From the NCBI RefSeq assembly GCF_018977255.1, contig NW_024704742.1:110610001-110674000 (forward strand): DNA of 64,000 nt, in the 5' to 3' direction. The position numbers were made by a program, and so were the translations under genes. Below the pieces are notes generated by a model. That model was not told the DNA's origin, did no database searches, and saw only the letters and a list, made by a program, of their open reading frames with translations. This document shows, one piece after another, positions 1 to 13,550 of this stretch; position 1 is the stretch's first letter, and each line of letters opens with the position of its first letter. The DNA comes from Callorhinchus milii (lineage: Eukaryota).

Positions 1-1039
1 TTAAATCCCCTTCAGCTCACGTCACATTCCATTCTCCACCGGAGATGGTGAGCAGGTATTTTCTCTCAACCCAAGGATTGCCACTCTTTTTGCGGATATC
101 ATAAAATGCCGCATCCCCACATCAGGCAGCTATTGCCATTTCCAATGCAATATCACAACCCAAAACATTTTTTTGAAGGTCAGTTGAGTGTCTGACACAT
201 TTGGAAATCCATCACCCTAATTCATACAAGATCACAAGATGAACCTGGATGAAGAAAGCCTTTTGGCAAATCTGATTTCATCCCTCCAGAACACCCACTC
301 TACTCTGACCCCTTCACTACATCAAACTGCTTTTTAAACTGATTTTTAAGTATTCTGGCCCCCACTATCTGTCCTGGCAACCTGTTTCAGTCATTGATTA
401 TTAAGAGTAATCCAACCGTACAAAGTTCCACAAATGTATGCTACCACATATAAAGATTTAATTGTGTCTGAAATGGAATACACATTCTCTCCCTTAAGGG
501 GCACCCTCTACTTACCTAATTCTGGAGAGTATTAGGCACAGGTTGGCAAGAGCCAAAGCTTGGGGACCCCAGGGTGTGTGTTGTTGTACCAATGGAGTTG
601 AATCAGCTACAACTGTATAGCTTGCCATTGATAGCACTGTCTGGTAAGCTTCCCTACCTACTTGTTAATGCTTTAGTATGCAGGGTTAAAAAGAGCAGAG
701 TGAGATGTATTCTGCTCCCAGTATACCCCTTGACATCCTGCTGATGAGCCAGGCTACATGGTTTGTCATCATTGCTGACCAAGGAAGCTCAAATGAGCCA
801 TTCCCATCTCCTTTTTCAATTATCCTAAATGAACCTCCATTGTTTTGTTCTTCATTCTGACAACCAAACCAGAATCAGAAACTTGCCATGTGAGAAACTG
901 CAGGCGTGAAACTGTTTCTTTCCACTGGCTGAAGCAGGATCTAAATAACTCAATGGTCTGCTTTGTTTCAATTCCCCCCTGCCCAATTCCACTGCACTAA
1001 TTTTCTCTCCACACATCTCCTCTCCTGAATATATTTGAT

Positions 1040-1405
1040 TACTTTTTTTCTTCTATTGACTGATGGTTCTACAAGAACCAGATGCCCTCTGGTACCTCAC
1101 CTAACTAGCCATTATTCATTTGCGAGTTTTGACAGCGAGTTTTGACAGGTAATTCAACCACTGAGAGCATCAGAGCCAAGCCTGTTCTTGCCTTCACCCA
1201 ACATCCACGCAGAGGCAACTTCCTGCAGATTATTTGGATAGCGCTCTGACTGATTTCCCCACCAGAACCAAGGGCACTAGGACCAATTTTAACATTCAAA
1301 CTTCTTTCCGGGATGAGATCGTCTAACTCAGCACAACAGGGATACGAACCTGCAACATTCTGGTTTGTTTGACTAAGTGCTTTTACCTAGTTGACCATCA
1401 GTGAA
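1040..1405 (-). repeat. Unclassified ancient tRNA-like SINE (related pieces ~8770-9070+, 43945-44170+, 50990-51170+, 62960-63250-)
   Basis: Recurring ACCAGAA..GTT..GGTTC..TCC..TGTGCTGAGTTAG..GATCTC and GAGGACAGGATTGGGCT-like blocks. Confidence 0.5.
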
Positions 1406-4400
1406 GCATTATATTATTGTATATACGTTAACAGTCAAAAGGGATGAAGGCAGGGTGCAGACCTAAACAAAATGCAATATAATTTACATTTAAATAGCAG
1501 CTTTCATATCAGGACGATGTCTCATAATGTTGGATGGGCATCTGAGTTGGATTGAGGATTGGGAAAATGACCGAAAGTGCGGTCAAACAGGTACATTTTC
1601 AGACATGCCTTGAAAGAGGGAGAAAGAGTCAGAGGGGCTTCTAGATGAAATTCCAAAGAGTAGAGGTAGAAAGGACTGAAAGCCTGCCCACTGATGGTGT
1701 GGTGGATAGGGCAACGGGATATGAAGCAGGCCAGTGTTTGCTGAGCAAAGGGAGCAACTGCGACAGCATGGTTGGAGGAGGTTGCAGATAAATAAATAAA
1801 ATAAATAAATGTGGTACTTTGGCAATCATTATATTTTCACCCTAAAAGGTTCCATTTATGAGGTAATGTAAAGTCCATGGTGGTCTCTAGTGAATCTCTG
1901 ATCTCATGAGTTGGTACCTAAGGCTGCATTGCAGATGTTTGAGAATATTTATATGGAAATCTTGAAAAAGTTCTCAAACATATTTCTGTGGGGCTTCTAA
2001 CAGTAATCTCATCAGGGTGTATACCAAAAGATAGTGGGACCACACACAACAAGACTGAAAAAAATGAAACAATATGAGAATTGTGTGCACAGAATAGGTC
2101 TGCAGGCTGCATCTGGATATCAATCTGGAATATTTAAAGAGGCACTACACAAAAAAAATTTGGCAAACTTTCTATTTGGGAATAGAAAAGAGCATCATGA
2201 CCCAATGATAGGTTCCAACACAATTTATGTTATTTAGTCATTTGATTGCACACAAAACTATTAAAATCAAGGTTTCTTAAACATTTTTGCGTGAAGAAGT
2301 TACACTTCAGATCAAGCAATACTCTTCTAATGCTTGAGTTTGATATAACGTCATTGAAATAACTCCACGCTCTCGCCCTCTTCTATCTCTGTGACCTGTG
2401 CTCCTATCATCTTGGCACCTCCTAACCAATCAGCCAACACCTGCCTGCTTCTTTTCTCCCACCCTCTCCATCCTGTTGAGCAAGCTTTTAACCATTCTGC
2501 TCCATTCTGTGCGCAATTGGCTGCCAGGTTTCGCCCACGAAACATGCAGTCAATTCACTTGACAGTATATGCTGTGAAGCGCTTTGAGATGTCTCAAAAA
2601 CGTGATAAGGCACTATATCAAATGTAAGGATTATTATTATATTATTATTATCCATCCAGAACCCTTCTCCTTGACTCCTCCCTCTTGCCCCCTCCCTCTC
2701 CGCCTTCAAAACCTATCTCAAAACATACTTCTTCAAAATATACCCATCTCCCCTTTAGCAAACCCCTCCTGCCCAGGACTTTGACATGTCTTCCCGATAA
2801 GATGCCAACCAATTTATTAAATATAAATTGTTGTAGTTCCCTTATTAAGTTGAAATGTCTCAAACTGCTTCACAAAATTAGTTACTCAAAGTATAATGCC
2901 TGTTATATGGCCTAACAGAAAAGTAAATATGCACTGCAATTTTCTGAATGTCCAAATAATTTCATANTTTTTGTGAATTTGGATGAGGAAGATTTGCTCT
3001 TTTTGAAATAGTGGAATGAAAACTTTAAAAACCACCTTAATCACCAACTCTTTTGAATTTGAAACAACAAAGAACTACCAGGTATCCAGATAATTTGACA
3101 TCTCACCCAGTCAGCACTTCCAACAAGTCAACATTCTCTTAGTTACTGTACTCTCACTCTATGTCAGCCCAGATTAGAAGGTCAAATCCTAACTGTGCCA
3201 AGGCTAACACATAATAAGTAGAAAGAAAAAATACTTAACTTTGTGTTTACCTGTAAAATGCAAACTAAAATGGTAGCAAATCTCAGTGTTTATAAAGGTT
3301 TACAGTAAACAAATTTAGTTACAATCAGAAACTATATATTTTTACTGTTTTGAATTTAAATAAATATAGCACTATGCGATAATTTCACTCTGCAATGCTT
3401 TATAAAATGTTATTCAATATTTAATTGTGCATCAATTTGTTTTTGAGTAGAAGATTTGTTTGCTAATGTCAGTTGGAGGAAATTCAAATCGATAAAGTAC
3501 CTGCAGTTCATTGAAGGCTAGCATTACAGGGCAGATGAATCAAGGGAATCATTTGGCAAAAACAAAGCGATCATTATTTAATCTCCCTAAAACATAAATT
3601 CACATAGGCATGGATTTGTCATCTAAACAAACCTTTGGGCAAACAGTGAATTTGATTTGGAATCTTTCAGTGTTCATTTTAATGAAAAGTCAGTAGTACA
3701 AACTAATATAGCTTGTACTTATTACTGCATAATATTCTTAACAGGGCTCTGTTAATAGCTATTATGCAGATATTATGTCTTGCCTTTCAGTGACATTAAT
3801 TCTGTTTTATTCTCTACCGTGCTTGATTATTATTATATTTTCTCCAATATATTTAATAAACACAATTACTTAATTTGAAATAGGAACATACTGGACTTTA
3901 AAGGAATAGATTTTTAAGAAGGAAAATAAGTCTTGCAAACTGTTTAATGTCAGCATAGTTTTTGTAAACATTACTGTACCCATATCAAGGGAACCATCTA
4001 ATCAACTCTTAACATTTTAATTCCTATTTCCAGGGCAGAGTGCTCTTTTGAACTACTGATGTTATGTTGAAATTATGGAAAACAGGATTGACATTTTGAA
4101 ATGTACAAATATTATACAAGTGAAAGAACCAAATTCACTGGAACTCGAGGCCAGAAACTGTTGTTGAAGCAGAAAGCATCAATGATTTCAGAAAAAACTT
4201 AATGCATACACGAGGGAGTAGGCAATAGAAAGATATGAAGGGGGACTACGTAGAGGGCATTAGGATGCATGGAGACTTGTGTGAAGTAAAAACCCTAGTA
4301 TCTAATAGTTGGGTTGAATTGCCCATTTCTATACTTTATATTTTATGTAATTTTATAAACCGATGAAGATTTAAATAACAAATACCCAGTTTAGAGATCC

Positions 4401-6062
4401 AGTTACTGATTGTGACGGCCTGAGAGGACATACTCTCACAAAGCACTTTATAAGACAAAGGTTAATTATTTTTATAAACAACGTTCAATGGAATCAAACT
4501 AATTTTAGATATTACATAAGAACATAAGAAATGCTAGATGAAAAATACCAAGGTCCATCTAGTTCGCCTTCCACTTTCCTGGTGGTTGCATGCACATGTG
4601 CACCAAACTACCTATGTACTATATCCCATATTAGTGCTTTCATTAATGAATAACAATCCTTGAATTTGATAAAACACCTTTTACATCAGGAGAACTTCTC
4701 AAAGTGCTTCACAGAAGTTTTTCTGTGAAGTGTACTGACTGCATCTTGTCAGTAATTTTTCTCATTTTCTTTATACACTTTTGCTTTTTGCACAAGATAA
4801 AATGCATTTAACTTCCAAACTCATGCAAATTGATAGACTGTAACATCATGTGTTTTAGGTAGTAGCAGAATTGGATAAAAACACGTTCAATGGTAAAAGT
4901 TCACATTCAATGTATAAATATAAAACATGAATTACAATCATCAAAAGAGAATATCTAAAAATGTATTCTCTATTAAGACTATTAAGGAAATTTAAATGTA
5001 AAGTATTGAGTGCTTTTTAAAATTCAGACTTTGTTTGATACGTTTAATTCCAGTTCACTTTTAAATGCCTCAAAGCTACACTTTGAGTATTTATGAACAT
5101 AGCGTTCTAATTCACATAAGTAAAAGGGCAGATTTATTGCCAAGAGCCAGTCATCAGACAAATAATGCCAAGATTCCCTGATAAAATGTTTAATTCAAGT
5201 GCCTTAAAAACAAATCTGACATCTAAAAGTTAGGGATGAAACCATCTTGTCCCAAACTTTTACTTGTGGTCAGTTCCTTCGGATTTTAAACTTGAGTCAA
5301 TACAGTAGATACAGAATGGCTGTCAGTGAGCTGAAATATGGCAAACTAATCAGGGTGTTTACGTGACATTGCACACCACAGGGGCCACTCAGATGGCTTG
5401 TGTTTGTCATGTGAATCCTGTGAGTACAAAGCCATCTGTAATTCCCTGACAACATCCACTACAATTTAATATTTAAAGGATATACATTTGTGACATGTAC
5501 TGTGCCTTTGATGGCACATGATTTGTTTGATGTCAAGGGTAACCTCATAACTTTGAGAGCCATGATAACATAGAGCTGAATAAAATATAACCAATGTAGG
5601 TTCTCATATGAAACTATGGTATTTTCAACATTTAAATACTTAATAACTCAATATCCTTTCTGAAGCAATGAGTGATTTGATCTAACAAGATATCATTGCT
5701 CATTTACTTCATGGCTGCTTGTGGGATATTGCTAATCACAACTTTGCCTATAAAACGCAGTCACTACATTTCACAATGAGTCCGGCAAAGAACCACCATC
5801 AATGGCTATGCCTTCAGCAACCACCCCCTAATCTCTAGAACTCCCTCCCTCAACCACTCCTCCTCCACCCCTTCTTGCCATCTCTCTTTATATCCCACCC
5901 TCTACCTCTTTGAACATACCTACAGTCACCTTCCCCCTCCTTCATTGCTCAATATCCAACCCCATCTCTGTGAAGTGCTCCGAGACATTACCTATATAAA
6001 GGATACCCTATAAGTGCAAGTTCTTGTTGTTGAATGTGGCTTGAAAGTCTGCCATGATTGCT

Positions 6063-7385
6063 GGTTCTTGTGCCTTAACTATAAAATGGTACTCTCTCAA
6101 AGGTACTCCTCTATGTGCCTATCTTAAGTTTAAGATACATTACAAACCACATTCAACTCAAATTTCCTTCCATGTAATGTTTGGAAACATCAATTAGAAA
6201 ACATAAACCAATATAGTGAATTTTTTTTGGTCAACTGAGTGTCTGTTGAAAACCCATCACAATGCTTGAGTTATTATGTTATTTGTAGTATTAAAAACAA
6301 ATTATTAATTATAATAATTATAATAAACAACATATTTCACCTTTTATATTGTTCAAAATAAATCTACTATCTGTAACATCAAAGCAAACGCTCTATTGAC
6401 AAAATGTCTTATGAAAGTATGACTTACTGTAACACTCATGAAAGCTTACATCAACTCAATCATGCAAGCTGAGCCATTTTATGACCCATTTACTCCTAAA
6501 TTGCAGTCCCTAAATATCCACTGGTTGTTAAGTTAGGTAGGCTGTTTCCATTGGTTAGGGAGTCTGTAACCAGGGTACACATATATAAGATAGTGATTAT
6601 GAATTTAACAGAGAATTTAGGAGGAACTGCTTCAGACAGAGTGTAGTGAGATTGTGAAACTCGCTGCCTGAAGCAGTGGTTGAATTAAATAGTGTAGATG
6701 CATTCAAGTGGAAGCTTCACAAGAGGGAGAAGGGAATAGAAGGAAATGAGAGGCAACAACAACAACAAGATTACATTTGTATAACGCCTTTCATGCCGGG
6801 GGGACCAAGGCGCTGGAAAGCGTACAGCATTTCAGACCCGAGCGGGGGTCGGGGCGGGGGGGGGGAGCGAGGGGAAGGGGGGTGGCCGATGGCATGGTTG
6901 AAGAGGAAGGTCTTGAGGCGGGACTTGAAGGAGGCTAAGGAGGGGGTGAGGTGGAGTGACTGGGGGATGGAATTTCAGAGGTTGGGGGCAGAATGGCTGA
7001 AGGCTCTCCCGCCAATGCTGGGGCGGGCGGATCAGGGGACATGGAGCAGGCCAGAGCCGACTGAGCGGAGGGAACTGGCGGGTTGGTAGGGGGTTAGGAG
7101 GTCGCAGAGGTAGGGTGGGGCGAGGACATGGAGGGCTTTGTATGTGAGGACCAGGATCTTGAACTGGAGAATCTGAAGAATAGGGAGCCAATGGAGTCGG
7201 GCGAGAATGGGGGAGATGGGATCACAGAGTTTGGTGCGGGAGAGGACACGAGCTGCAGAGTTCTGGATTATCTGCAGCCTGTGGAGGGAGGAGTTGGGAA
7301 GGCCGACAAGCAAGGCGTTTGCATAGTCGAGCCTGGAGGTGATGAAAGCATGAACAAGAGTTTCAGCGGCCTGAGGGGTGAGGTA
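6063..7385 (+). repeat. Donor copy of a ~1.32-kb near-identical duplication (second copy at 36994-38314)
   Basis: Direct comparison shows only about half a dozen differences by eye, including across ~470 bp that is not recognisably LINE-derived. Confidence 0.95.
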
Positions 7386-8632
7386 ATGGCGGAGTCGGGC
7401 GATGTTATGGAGGTGAGGGAAGGCAGAGCGGGTCATGGCTTGAATGTGGGGGAGAAAAGACAGTTGAGGGTCAAACAAGACACCTAGGTTCCTGACTGGC
7501 TTGGTGAGTTATAGTGTGCAACCATGGAGGTTGATGCTGCCAGGGCCTGAGGTGCTGAGGCACTGGCGCGAGCCAATCAGGAGGTCTCAGTCTTGTTCAC
7601 ATTCAACTGTAGGAAATTTGCCCTCATCCAGGACTTGATGTCCGACAGGCAATCTGTCAGGACAGCAGTGGTCCTGGAGGTGAGGGTGGAGGCAGAAACA
7701 TAGTTGGGTGTCATCCGCATACATGTGGAAATTGATCCCATGTCTGCGGATGATGTCACCAAGGGGGAGCATGTAGATATTAAAGAGGAGAGGGCCAAGG
7801 ACAGAGCCCTTGGGGAAGCCAGACGTGACAGTGCAGGGGTTGGAGGAGAAACCGTTAGAGGCAACAAAGTGGAGATGGTGAGAGAGATAGGAATTGAACC
7901 AGGCAAGGGCAGATCCGTGAAGATTGAGTAAAGAGGAGAGGCAGTGTATGAGGATGGAGTGGTCGACAGTGTCGAAGGCAGCAGAGAGGTCGAGGAGGAC
8001 AAGGAGGCAGAGGGAGCCCTGATCCCAGATGTTCAGAATGTCATCAGTGACTTTGACCAGGGCTGTTTCCGTGCTATGGGCAGCACGGAAGCCAGATTGG
8101 AGGGGTTCAAAGAGGAATGACGAGAAAGAAAGGAGTGGAGCTGGAACACGACGACTCGTTTCAGAACCTTGGAGAGCAACAGGAGATTAGCGATGGGGCG
8201 GTAGCTGGAGAGAAGGGATGGATCCAGGAAAGGTTTTTTCAGGATGGGGGTGATGACGGTTATTTTTAGGCGGTTGGGAACTGAACCGGTGGACAAGGAG
8301 AGATTGATGACATCGGACAGGATAGGGGCCAGAAGGTGGAGCTGGGAGATGAGGAGAGAGGTGGGGATGGGATCGAGGGAGCAGGTGGTAGGTTTGAGTT
8401 TGCGGACAGTCGTGGTGAGGGAGGAGGGTGAGATAGGGTCGAAGGAGTAAGGGGGGGAATGGGTGTGGGGTGGGTCATGAGGGAAAGGTGATGTGGGGGT
8501 GTCTGTGGATGGGGCTGAGGTGGCTGAACGTATCCCCTCGATTGAATGAGTGGAGACTCCTGTGGAGTATAAACACCGGTACCAACTGATTAGGCCCAGT
8601 GATCTGTTTCTGACCTGTGTATTCTTTGTAAA
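6530..8632 (+). mobile_element. Old CR1 3'-end fragment (6530-6753 and ~8500-8632) interrupted by the L2 insertion
   Basis: CR1 C-terminal motif (FRQSVVRL*NSLPEAVVELNSVDAFK..L) before the L2; CR1-type 3' UTR resumes after it. Confidence 0.65.
6754..8478 (-). mobile_element. L2-clade LINE, 5'-truncated, degenerate RT region plus 3' UTR and (TTG)n tail
   Basis: Frameshifted ORF2 motifs YRPIANLLLLSKVL, LLDLSAAFDTVDH, QGSVLGP, YADDTQL and LVHAFITSRLDY...LHWLP; 3' stem-loop and TTG tail at ~6754-6820. Confidence 0.95.
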
Positions 8633-10054
8633 TGTTTGTAAATCTATATATCACTACTGCAAATATTGACTCTCCAAGTTGACAGGAGCACATTTTATCT
8701 GCAACATAATCAGCTTACCCAATAAAAAGTGAAGGCCACAGAGAAGTTTCCCTGATAGCCTAGAATACAGCAGCACTGGCTGGTGTAGAACTCAGCCAGA
8801 CCAGAAAGTTATCTATTCATGGACTGTACTGAGTAAGCTGATCTCAATCAACATGGTACTTGGGCTACTATGGTCTCAGTGTCAATGTTTTGATGGGAGA
8901 AAGCAGCCGAGGTGTCCATTATGATGCACCCCCTACACTTGCGCATGTTTGTTTGTCACGTGAGGATGGGATTGAGTTCACTCCCTGTGGTCACATAATT
9001 TGTAGACACTGTCAAGGCTCACAATGGCTACTTAAATAAGCTATTGGAGAGGTTTAGAGATCATAGCACACTTTCCAGGAATAGAATAAAGCTGGCAAAT
9101 TGCTTGGCAAGAAAGAAAGTATTCTTCTGAGATATGTACCTATATTAATGGGGAAATATGTAGCATATTAAGTAATAATTATCACCACTTACAATTATAA
9201 TACTGCTATAAAATGTCCCCTCCCAGTAAAGAGCAGATTTATTTAGAGCGCAGATCTACTTGTGGACCAGTGCCAACCAGTAGTGAGGTACTCCTGGCTA
9301 TTACTGCTGATTAGTTGGTTTCCTGTGCAAAAGGGTTGCCAACATCTGGATGGACTGGTCACTGATGAATTTACTTCCTGCATGTTGTAGTATGCAACCA
9401 GCCTTGCTGATGTCACTTCCTGCATGCTGTGTATGCACTCCACGTGTAGAAAGAGCCACTGATGCCACAAATGTATTGCAATTGTTTTTCAAAAAGCAGC
9501 CTCTGAGATATTAATAATAATAATCCTTGCATTTGATATAGAGCCTTATCACATCATTGAGATGATTCAAAGCGCTTCACAGGATATAATGTAAAGTAGA
9601 TTGACTGTGTATTTTGTGAGCAAAATTAAATCTTGAACTCAGACCGCTTTAGAAGTTGTCCTGCATTACAAAGACAGAATATCAGTTGTTTTGTTCTGCA
9701 TTTAACAACAACTAACACCCACCCCCACACTTTCTGGAGGTTTGAAAAGGATTGAGAGAGAAATGATTTTTCAGACATCAAGGATGGTTCAGCTCCTAAT
9801 CTGTCTTCAGTACAGCACAAAAATAACTGCATACTCTAGCCATATGATCATATTCTATGCATTTCCACACATTATTTATTAGAAAGTATCTTCATTGACT
9901 TTGGAAGACAGCAGCGAACCAATTGGAGCATAACTAGAAGCAGACTGAAAATCACTTACAGTTCATATACTCTGATAACTACTAGTAATCATCTAGTGAC
10001 TACTATCAGGACCACATATTTGTTTGTGGAGGTGAATAAAAGTAGATTTAAAAT

Positions 10055-10556
10055 TTGCCTGACAAGTGTGGAAACTCATCACCCTACTTAAGAGTCTCCA
10101 AACCAAACTAAGAGTTTCAAGTATGTATTACACCTACACATGAAATTTCCCTGTGTTTAGAATGGAATGCAGAATCTCTCCCTGGAAGCACGCATCCTGC
10201 TTACCTAATTCTGGAGAGTATTAAGTGGAGGTTGGGAAGAACAAAGGCTTGGGGACCTCAGAGTCTGTGTTGGCTACTGCTGGAGTTTAATCAGCTAAAA
10301 CCACATAGTTTGTCATTGAACACTCTGGTATGCTTCCTGATGGTTGTCCAGAATAATTAAACCAGCAACTTTAGAAATATTTGCATTATAGAGTAAATAA
10401 CTATAATTGTTACTAATATCTTTAAATAGATTTTATTAATCTGAACTACTCTACCCGTTAAGGCTTTGGCTGGCAGAGTTAAAGAAGCTGAGTGGGAAGA
10501 ATCTTTGCCCTAATTAAGCACTCTGCCCCTCCAAGTCCTGCTGATGAGCCAGGCTT
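10055..10556 (+). repeat. Unclassified ancient ~450-500-bp interspersed repeat (copies ~180-756+, 16160-16560-, 53745-53818+, 61436-61530-)
   Basis: Shared blocks CTTACCTAATTCTGGAGAGTATTA, GCTTGGGGACC, AATCAGCTA and CCTGCTGATGAGCC. Confidence 0.75.
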
Positions 10557-12001
10557 TAAAATCAAATTTGAAAAGAACTCACTGAAGAGTACTTTATGCA
10601 CAGCTCCACAGTTAATAATTTTACTCATGTAATTGACATAATTGGTTCAGATTTTTAGAATCCATTTAAAGATATTAGTAACAATTATAGTCATGTACTC
10701 TATAATACAAATATTAATAACTTTGCTGGTTTAATTATTGTGGTGCAAGATATCAACAAATATAGAAGCCATTCGAGCTTAGTCATCACAGTTTTTGCTG
10801 ATTAAATAATGGGCTTCCAACAGAGATCTATTTTAAAACACTGCATACTAACAGGTAAATCTATTCCTTTTTTCAGACAGCACATTTACATCACATTGTC
10901 TCTTTTGAGTTTTGGATTATCAAAGAATTGATCATTTCACTGTACTTAGAGACAAAAGCACTGATTAAAACATTTAATGAAAACATTACACAGGCAAGAC
11001 ACTTAAATACTTACATACATATACACATGCACTCATATCCATACATAGAGGTAAATATTACTCTGTGTCACCGTGAATATGATCCATTGATAGCATTTAC
11101 TCAACACAAAGGATTTGTATTTGCATTAGAGAAAACAAACAATTAACTATAACAACACGTTCGATATCCCTTTTAGTTGTAATACTAGGCAAAAAGTCAG
11201 TTCACAAGGTGTTAATAGTTCTAAGTCTTGTCTCTATCAAAATAGGATTCACATTTCTCAACTATTTTTTCAGATCAATATCTGTAAATAATAAATGAAT
11301 TCCCGCAGGGTTATTCTGAACCCCAACCAACACACAATAACTCCTTCAATGGACATTCATTCAACAAGGCAAGGGAACAATACACTAAACAGCATTTGTA
11401 ACAAACGGTAAACCAATAAGAATCTAATAGTGTATTGAGGAACATGATGGAAACAAAAAATTGCTTTGCAGCCGTAGGTTTTGTACATGTTAAGCCCAGG
11501 TATCACTGCTCTGGGACTGTTCATAATAGGATCATTGAAGGAACTAGTTGTCATGCCTGCTGTGGCCTATGATACTGTATAGTCTGAGAAAAATAAGTAC
11601 ACTAGTTTCTTGGAAATACATAAAGGAGCATTTTAGCCTCTTAGTATCTATTTCAAGTTTAGTTCCATTCCACGGTACAAGGTATTTTATTAAACTGAGG
11701 CTGTCATAACTCATTTGTTTTTCTCATACAACATAACTGCTGAAAACAGAATGACAATCTTTCTAACAACACTGACCCTAATGCAATACAAAATATTCCT
11801 TTAGAAAATCCAGCCACATAGATTATAGCAAATTCTGTTTTTTGTAAAAGTTGGAAAGTTAACAAGTCAGATTTAATTTTAAAAAAATGTCTGTAATACA
11901 CATACATCATTTGTGATACTGAAAGTGTAATTACTCAAATGAACAAGACAACAACTTAGCTGCCAAAGGCTTCAATGAGTATGAATAGTTTCAGCACTTA
12001 C

Positions 12002-12111
12002 CCACAGGCCGCTACCTTCCCATTCTCTAAAGCAAAGAGTGTGTGGCGTTCTCCACAGGCGACTTGGTTCACTTTGTCACAGAGCAGAGTCCTCAGCAAG
12101 TGTGGCTCCAG
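12002..12111 (-). CDS. Internal coding exon encoding one RCC1 (RCC1-like beta-propeller) repeat of an unidentified gene
   Basis: Minus strand: acceptor ctttcttcttacAG, then 110 nt (phase 0 to 2) reading LEPHLLRTLLCDKVNQVACGERHTLFALENGKVAAC(G), then donor GG|GTAAGT. The 'P..L..L...V.QVACG.RHTL.L..G.V..(W/C)G' pattern is the RCC1 repeat signature. Confidence 0.85.
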
Positions 12112-12849
12112 CTGTAAGAAGAAAGTTGGACTGAGATTTAGAGCTTTAGAAGCCATGAGACCCTCTCCCCAGTGGCTTTATTGTTGTTGCCCTACTGCCA
12201 TAACAAAATGGCACCATTCTCTTATCACAAAGCAGTGCAAGTCTTAGTCCAAGCTTGTGTGTCTGAGTGTGTCACAAAAACACAGGTCATCATAATGTGC
12301 TTGTTAGCTTGTCCAATCTATGGCAATCACTTCAGTCCCAAGGGCTGAAAGACAGAAGACACAGGAAAACAAGGGAAGCAAAAGCTGAAGAAAGATCAAT
12401 ACTGCACTGTGAAACAAGAAGTGTAGGCTATTTACTTTTCATTGATCTGATGATGCAAGAGAAACACCTCGGACCTGGCATTCAATTGAAGGAATACATC
12501 TTCTGTTTATTTCACCTCAAGGTCAGCTAAAGGAAAACAAATTAGATGAAAAAATATTGTTTTAGAGCAGAAAATCTATTAATCAGCATTAGAGTTACAA
12601 GAAAAGTGAAAACATTAATGAAACCAGATAAATAAATTCTACGCTGATGATGTCAACCCATTCCACACACTGCTGTGCGAAATGTGAATGGTGTTACAGA
12701 GTGAGTTGTAATTTAAAGTCGTTCTATCTAGCCTCCGCTTGCATTTTTTTTGCTGTAATCCATATATGTACATATATATACATACATATATGTACACATT
12801 TCTAAAAGTGTATTAATACATCTGTAAAATTTTATTATTCAGATAATAG

Positions 12850-13143
12850 AAATCTCCTCAGCAATTCTTAGAGATACCCATTGGGAGGGGAGTCCCTGAC
12901 TAGGGGACATAGATTTAAAATAGCCACAAGAAAAGCAAAAGGAGACATTAGGCAAAGCAATTTCACTCAGAGAGTTGAGTGACTGGTCAAGTAAGGTAGA
13001 GGCAGAGTCCATTATGGGTTTCAAGAGGGAAGCAGATGGGTATATAAAGGTTAGAGGCTTGAAAGGGTATGGGGATAGTTCAGATTAGTGAGACTAAAAG
13101 TCCTGCTTGCTCTGAAAACTAGTGTAGGCTCAATAGGCTGAAC
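12850..13143 (+). mobile_element. Old CR1 3' fragment
   Basis: TRGHRFK...FTQRV motif and 3' UTR similarity to the other CR1 copies. Confidence 0.7.
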
Positions 13144-13550
13144 ATAATAATAATAATAATCCTTGCATTTGATATAGCACCTGATCACATCTTGGAGACG
13201 TATCAAAATGCTTCACAGAATATACTGCAAAGTGAATTGACCGTGTATTTTGTGGCTGAAATGCGGCAGCTCATTGTGCACAGCAGTATCCCACAAACAG
13301 TTGTGGACTGAGTAACTAAATTATTATTATTTATTTTTGAACAGGTGATTACCACCAGTAAAGCAATATGCTAACCGACTAACTAAGAATGGCATCCTTC
13401 TGGGCGATACATTTCTGTGATTTTATTTTAATAGTTAAGCAATTTTTTTCAATAAACTGAAAATGAGTTTGATGAAGATGAATTATTGCCACCAACTTAG
13501 CTTGTGTATATTAATACCTACTGCTGACCAATCCACCAGTATCATCTGGT

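Noticed and set aside
1381..1410. Minus-strand 'DGQLGKST' as the next RCC1 exon
   Set aside because: Followed by a stop, no usable acceptor, and lies in the head of an ancient SINE-like repeat.
11357..11585. Acceptor-like site and 65-aa ORF just downstream of the RCC1 exon
   Set aside because: All three frames from the acceptor hit early stops; the ORF resembles nothing recognisable.
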